In this document: piece after piece, positions 60,116 to 64,000 of the stretch
How positions within the stretch are numbered: position 1 is the first letter of the stretch
Layout of the letters: the number at the start of each line of letters is the position of its first letter
Assembly (NCBI GenBank): GCA_963708135.1
Contig: OY970192.1
Span: forward strand, 3,552,001 to 3,616,000
DNA from: an uncultured Gemmatimonadales bacterium
GTDB lineage: Bacteria > Gemmatimonadota > Gemmatimonadetes > Longimicrobiales > RSA9
Reading direction: 5' to 3'
Length of the DNA stretch: 64,000 bases
Made by a program: the position numbers and the translations under genes
Notes under the pieces: model-generated
The model's input: only the letters and a program-made list of their open reading frames with translations
The model's database searches: none
What the model was told of the DNA's origin: nothing

Positions 60116-60787
60116 TCAGCCGCCGGCCCGCGCCGGCGGCGGCGCCGCGGCCGCCCGCTCCAGCAGGGCGACGAACTCCGCGAGCGTCGTCACCCCCCGG
60201 TCCCTGGAGTACCAGCCCAGCTTGTAGTCGGTCAGCTGCGCGTCCGTCAGCGAGTCGCGCCGCGCCTCCATCCACTCCGCCAGCGGCCGCGGCCGCTCGA
60301 CCCACGCGCCACGCTCCTCGTAGTCCTCGTCCAGCAGCAGCACGAGCGGGACCGCCTCGCGGCCGTACGTCTCGTGCCCGTGCAGCAAGCCGCCGCACTC
60401 CTTTCGGTGCACGATCCGCACGTCCAGCGAGCCGGGCAGCTCCCCGGCGAGGTGCGCGATGTAGGGCACCGTGTTCACGGCGTCGCCGCACCAGTTCTCC
60501 GCCACGACCAGCACGTGCCAGCGGCCGGGCACCCGCCGCGCCCGCGCCACCAGCGCCGGCGGGATCGGTCGCGCCAGGTTGCCACGCCACTGCGCCTGCC
60601 GGGCGGTATCGACCGCCACGAACTCCTCGATCGGCCGCCCCTGCCAGAACAGGATCGGATAGTCCACCGGCCCGCCCTCCGCCACCGAGCCCGCCCCCCC
60701 GCAGCTACCGCTCGAGGCCTGGCCGCCGGAGCACCCCGCCGCCAGGGCCGCCAGGAGCAGCGCCGGACCCCCAAGCACGCTTCGCAT
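60116..60787 (-). CDS. Thioredoxin-family lipoprotein (single-Cys WCGD type)
   Basis: Lipobox LAAGC, AENWCGDAVNTVP, VPLVLLLD, WVERP. Confidence 0.8.
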   Translation of the reverse strand: MRSVLGGPALLLAALAAGCSGGQASSGSCGGAGSVAEGGPVDYPILFWQGRPIEEFVAVDTARQAQWRGNLARPIPPALVARARRVPGRWHVLVVAENWCGDAVNTVPYIAHLAGELPGSLDVRIVHRKECGGLLHGHETYGREAVPLVLLLDEDYEERGAWVERPRPLAEWMEARRDSLTDAQLTDYKLGWYSRDRGVTTLAEFVALLERAAAAPPPARAGG

Positions 60788-61058
60788 CTCTCTCCGCCTC
60801 CGGATCGCGTACGGCGACCCTTCAGCAACACGCCCCGTGCCGCCACGGCCCGGGCCCCGCCTATCGTCGCCTAACGTCAGTTGCCGCAATGACTTGCGGC
60901 TCCACTCCGAAGCGCGTCGGCGGCGCGCTGGCGGCGAAGCGGCCGGACAATTCGCCCCGGCCGGAGGCGGAGCGGGGCCATCCGCGACGCGGATGGACGC
61001 ACGGCGGGTGGGGTGCGGGTGGGCGTGGGGGGACGCTGCGGGGGCGCGACAGCGTGGG

Positions 61059-61074
61059 GGGCACGCGTGTTGCG
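61059..61074 (+). promoter_or_regulatory. Putative sigma54 promoter of the DUF362 gene
   Basis: GGGCACG-CGTG-TTGCG, GG-N10-GC. Confidence 0.55.
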
Positions 61075-61122
61075 CTGCGGCGGGGGTCGTCCCGCCGCCG
61101 GTCCCCCGCCGAAGGAGCGCGC

Positions 61123-62034
61123 ATGCCAGCCGTCGCCATCACGCAGGATCTGCAGGACATCGAACGGGCCATCGGGCAGGCGCTCGCGCCGCTGGGGCTG
61201 GAGGCGCGGCTGCGCGGCAAGCGGGTGGCGGTCAAGGCGAACGACACGTGGGCGTCGGCGCAGGACCGGAGCGGCGTGACGCAGCCGGACACGCTGCGGG
61301 CGGTGCTGCGCGGCGTGAAGGCGGCGGGGCCGTCGGCGCTGTGGGTCACGGGCGGCTCGGGGGCCGCGGAGACGGAGGACGTCTTCCGGGTGTCGGGGAT
61401 GCTCGAGGTGCTGGAGGAGGAGGGAGTCGAGCTGGTGGACCACAACCGGCCGCCGTTCGTGGCCGTGGACCTCCAGTACGAGCCGCGGCACGATGTGCGG
61501 GGCCCGCAGCCGTCGGTGATGGTGAACCCGCGCGTGCTCGAGCACGACGTGCTGATCGCGGTGAGCCAGCTCAAGCTGCACGAGACGGCCACGGTCACGC
61601 TCGCGCTGAAGAACATCGCGATGTCCTTCCCGGCCGCGGACTACTACGGCCACCCGCGCTCGGCGGAGAAGCACGAGAACTGGTTCTACGACGACATGCA
61701 CTCCTTCATTGCCGTCATGGCCAGGCGCTTCCCGATCGACCTGGCGGTCACGGTCGGCCATCCGGCCATGGTGGCGACGGGGCCGCTCGGCGGGCACGCG
61801 GTGGAGACGGGGATCGTCATCGCGAGCACGGACCCGCTGGCCGCCGACGTCGTCGGCGCCCGGCTGCTGGGCTTCAACGCCCAGGCCGTGCGGCACCTGT
61901 GGGAGGCCGGGCGGATGGGGCTCGGCGAGACGGAGACGGAGCGGATGGAGTTCCCCGCGCTCTCGCTCGAGGAGGCGATCGGCGCCTTCACCGAGGCCGC
62001 CTACGGCGAGCGGCTATCGTTCAGGCACGCGTGA
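61123..62034 (+). CDS. DUF362 domain protein
   Basis: AAGGAG RBS; GKRVAVKAN, LKLHETATVTLALKN, IASTDPLAAD. Confidence 0.8.
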   Translation: MPAVAITQDLQDIERAIGQALAPLGLEARLRGKRVAVKANDTWASAQDRSGVTQPDTLRAVLRGVKAAGPSALWVTGGSGAAETEDVFRVSGMLEVLEEEGVELVDHNRPPFVAVDLQYEPRHDVRGPQPSVMVNPRVLEHDVLIAVSQLKLHETATVTLALKNIAMSFPAADYYGHPRSAEKHENWFYDDMHSFIAVMARRFPIDLAVTVGHPAMVATGPLGGHAVETGIVIASTDPLAADVVGARLLGFNAQAVRHLWEAGRMGLGETETERMEFPALSLEEAIGAFTEAAYGERLSFRHA

Positions 62035-62070
62035 GCGCGAAGCCGCCCCACCCGCCGTCGAAGCCGCCCG

Positions 62071-62613
62071 TCAGCTGCGCGGCTGCGCCGACGGAGGCAG
62101 CAGCCCGTTGAGCCGGAGGTACATGGCCATCGCCGCGTAGTGGTCGGCGAGGTCGGAGGCGAGGTCCACCAGCGCGGCCCCCTTCGTCACCTGCCGGCCG
62201 CCGAAGAACGGCACCATGTCCGTGAGCTGGTTCGGCTCCACCTTCTGGAGCGCCCGGCCGCAGAACTCGAACGACGCCTTGAGCGCCGCCACCAGCTCGT
62301 CCTTGTCCGCGCCCTTCTTCGGGCGCAGCGAAGCCGGCGCCTCCATCCCGGACAGCTTCGAGCACAGGTAGCCGTTCGAGCCGGCCACGTGCCCGACCGT
62401 TTCGGCGAAGCTGCGCTGCTTCGCCGTCGGCTTGTAGCCGTATTTGTCCGCCGGCATCTCCTGCGCGGCGCCCACAATGTTGGGCTCCATCCGCTGCACC
62501 GACTCCTGCACGGCCGTCAGCACCGCACCACCCGGCGACGACTTCCCCGCCTGCGCCGCGAGCGCCGCGGGCGCCAGCAACAACACCGCCGTGGGGAAAC
62601 AGAGTCTCCTCAT
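62071..62613 (-). CDS. Secreted DinB family protein
   Basis: AGGAGG RBS, signal peptide, AAQEMPADKYGYKPT...RSFAE...HVA, YLRLNGLLPPS. Confidence 0.85.
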   Translation of the reverse strand: MRRLCFPTAVLLLAPAALAAQAGKSSPGGAVLTAVQESVQRMEPNIVGAAQEMPADKYGYKPTAKQRSFAETVGHVAGSNGYLCSKLSGMEAPASLRPKKGADKDELVAALKASFEFCGRALQKVEPNQLTDMVPFFGGRQVTKGAALVDLASDLADHYAAMAMYLRLNGLLPPSAQPRS

Positions 62614-62921
62614 GTGTGCCTCCTGGACTGTGGGGGAACGCTCGCGGCTCAAGATGAGGCGCCCGGCGCGGCCCGGCAAACCGCGCACCGGCCGGGCAGG
62701 CGGGGCGGGGCGGATTGCGACAACGGCGGAGGCGGCCGTGCAGAAGCGACCCAGCGGCCGCACCACCCGGGGTGGAACGCCCGCCCTTGAAAGAGCGCGG
62801 CGCCGCAACGATTCCCCGGCGATGAGCGGCCGGCGCGCGGGAGCGCCCCGCCGCGGCCCCCGGATTGCCGCGAAGGGGCTGCCGCGACCGCGCGCGCGTC
62901 CCTCTCCGTCCGGAGCGTCCA

Positions 62922-63563
62922 ATGGCGGACCTGCTGCTCACCTTCGTCGCGAGCCTGCTGCTCGGCATGCGCCACGCGACGGACCCGGACCACATCGTGG
63001 CGGTGACCACGATCGTGAGCCGGGAGCGCTCGTTGTGGAAGGCGAACGGCATCGGGGTGCTCTGGGGGCTCGGCCACACGCTGACGATCTTCCTGGTGGG
63101 CGGTGTCATCGTCGTCTTCAAGCTCGCCTTCAGCGCCCGCCTCGGGCTCTCGCTCGAGCTTTCCGTGGCGGTGATGCTGATCGTGCTGGGGGTGCTGAAC
63201 CTGACGGGGGTGCGCTCAAAGGAGCACGCGCCGTCCTCGGTGCGGCCGTTCTTCGTGGGGATCATCCACGGGCTGGCCGGCTCGGCGGCGGCGACGCTGC
63301 TCATCCTGCCGCTGATCGAGGATCCGCGCTGGGCGGTGCTCTACCTCGCCGTGTTCGGGATCGGCACGATCATCGGCATGGCGACAGTCACGCTGTCCGT
63401 GGCCGCGCCGGCGGTGTACGCCGGGGCCCGGGTGGCGCGGCTGCAGTCGTGGCTGCGCGTGTCGTCGGGGGCCGTGAGCCTGGCCTTCGGCATCTATCTG
63501 ACCTACAAGATCGGGCTGGTGGACGGTCTCTTCACGTCGGCTCCGCACTGGACCCCGCGCTAG
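62922..63563 (+). CDS. High-affinity nickel transporter (HoxN/UreH-like)
   Basis: LGMRHATDPDHIVAV, WGLGHTL, VGIIHGLAGSA. Confidence 0.88.
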   Translation: MADLLLTFVASLLLGMRHATDPDHIVAVTTIVSRERSLWKANGIGVLWGLGHTLTIFLVGGVIVVFKLAFSARLGLSLELSVAVMLIVLGVLNLTGVRSKEHAPSSVRPFFVGIIHGLAGSAAATLLILPLIEDPRWAVLYLAVFGIGTIIGMATVTLSVAAPAVYAGARVARLQSWLRVSSGAVSLAFGIYLTYKIGLVDGLFTSAPHWTPR

Positions 63564-64000
63564 TACTCAGCCATCATGATTGTGAGGACTAAAGTTCCGT
63601 GCTATATTGTTGGCCCATCTGTCGGACCCCCAGCGAGGAGGGCAGATGGCCAAGAAGTATATCGTGGACCTCACGGACGACGAGCGGGCCGAACTCAAGC
63701 GCCTGCTCCAGGGCGGCAAGGCGCGGGTGCGCCGGGTGAACCGCGCGCGCATCCTGTTGCTGGCCGACGAGGGCGTGACCGACAAGGCGATTGCGGCCGC
63801 GCTGCACCTGGGGAAGTGCACGGTGGAGCGCACGCGGCTGCGCTTCGTCGAGGGCGGTTTGGAGCGGGCGCTCAACGATCGGCCTCGGCCGGGCAAAGCC
63901 CGGCTGCTGGACGGCAAGCAGGAAGCCTTCCTGGTCGCGCTGGCGTGCAGCGCGCCTCCGGAGGGGCGCGTGCGCTGGACCATGCAGCTCCTGGCCGACA
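63563..64000 (+). mobile_element. IS630 family element, left end (continues beyond the window)
   Basis: Begins at CTAG/TA in the stop codon of the nickel transporter; AT-richer leader; transposase ORF follows. Confidence 0.8.
63646..64000 (+). CDS. IS630 transposase, N-terminal HTH part (partial)
   Basis: GAGGAGG RBS; MAKKYIVDLTDDERAEL...RARILLLADEG...RFVEGGLERAL...LACSAPPEGRVRWTMQLLAD. Confidence 0.9.
   Translation, partial: MAKKYIVDLTDDERAELKRLLQGGKARVRRVNRARILLLADEGVTDKAIAAALHLGKCTVERTRLRFVEGGLERALNDRPRPGKARLLDGKQEAFLVALACSAPPEGRVRWTMQLLAD

Noticed and set aside
58909..62034. 1041-aa plus-strand ORF
   Set aside because: Only the C-terminal 303 aa (DUF362, own RBS at 61123) is credible; the rest is antisense to the PRTase and thioredoxin genes
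62620..62920. NiCo or cobalamin riboswitch upstream of the nickel transporter
   Set aside because: No recognisable conserved riboswitch elements; an Infernal/Rfam scan would be needed to exclude it fully

Overview
Very GC-rich bacterial chromosomal segment. Gene content and style suggest a Gemmatimonadota-like diderm (inference, not proven). The left half (1-32 kb) is mostly housekeeping and periplasmic hydrolase genes: a MATE 3' end, an amidohydrolase::serine-hydrolase fusion, ettA, nitronate monooxygenase, BNR-repeat proteins, a CPA1 antiporter, MscS, CsbD, citrate synthase, arfB, a frameshifted tricorn protease, rsmD, DUF5916, glutamine synthetase III, DUF481, PAP2 and two tandem TonB-dependent receptors. 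The block at 32-49 kb is an accessory cell-envelope locus built around an ECF sigma/zinc-finger anti-sigma pair. A bipartite motif GTCACAA-N14/15-CGCTC(C/G)T occurs five times, each oriented toward a transcription unit of this locus: two paralogous lipoproteins, two sigma copies and an ABC operon. The lipoprotein-promoter-sigma-anti-sigma module is tandemly duplicated. Many genes downstream of it are eroded by frameshifts and internal deletions, including an in-frame MFP::RND chimera and a kinase lacking its His-box. The right part has a TonB receptor/lipoprotein pair, a MerR-TPR protein, a lower-GC islet next to an IS256 remnant, CBS/PRTase/thioredoxin/DUF362/DinB/nickel-transporter genes, and the left end of an IS630 element. 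A small Arg/Lys-free, proline-rich ORF and several stress-type genes carry sigma54-like promoters. No rRNA, tRNA or CRISPR array was seen. All family assignments come from recognising motifs by eye, without database searches.
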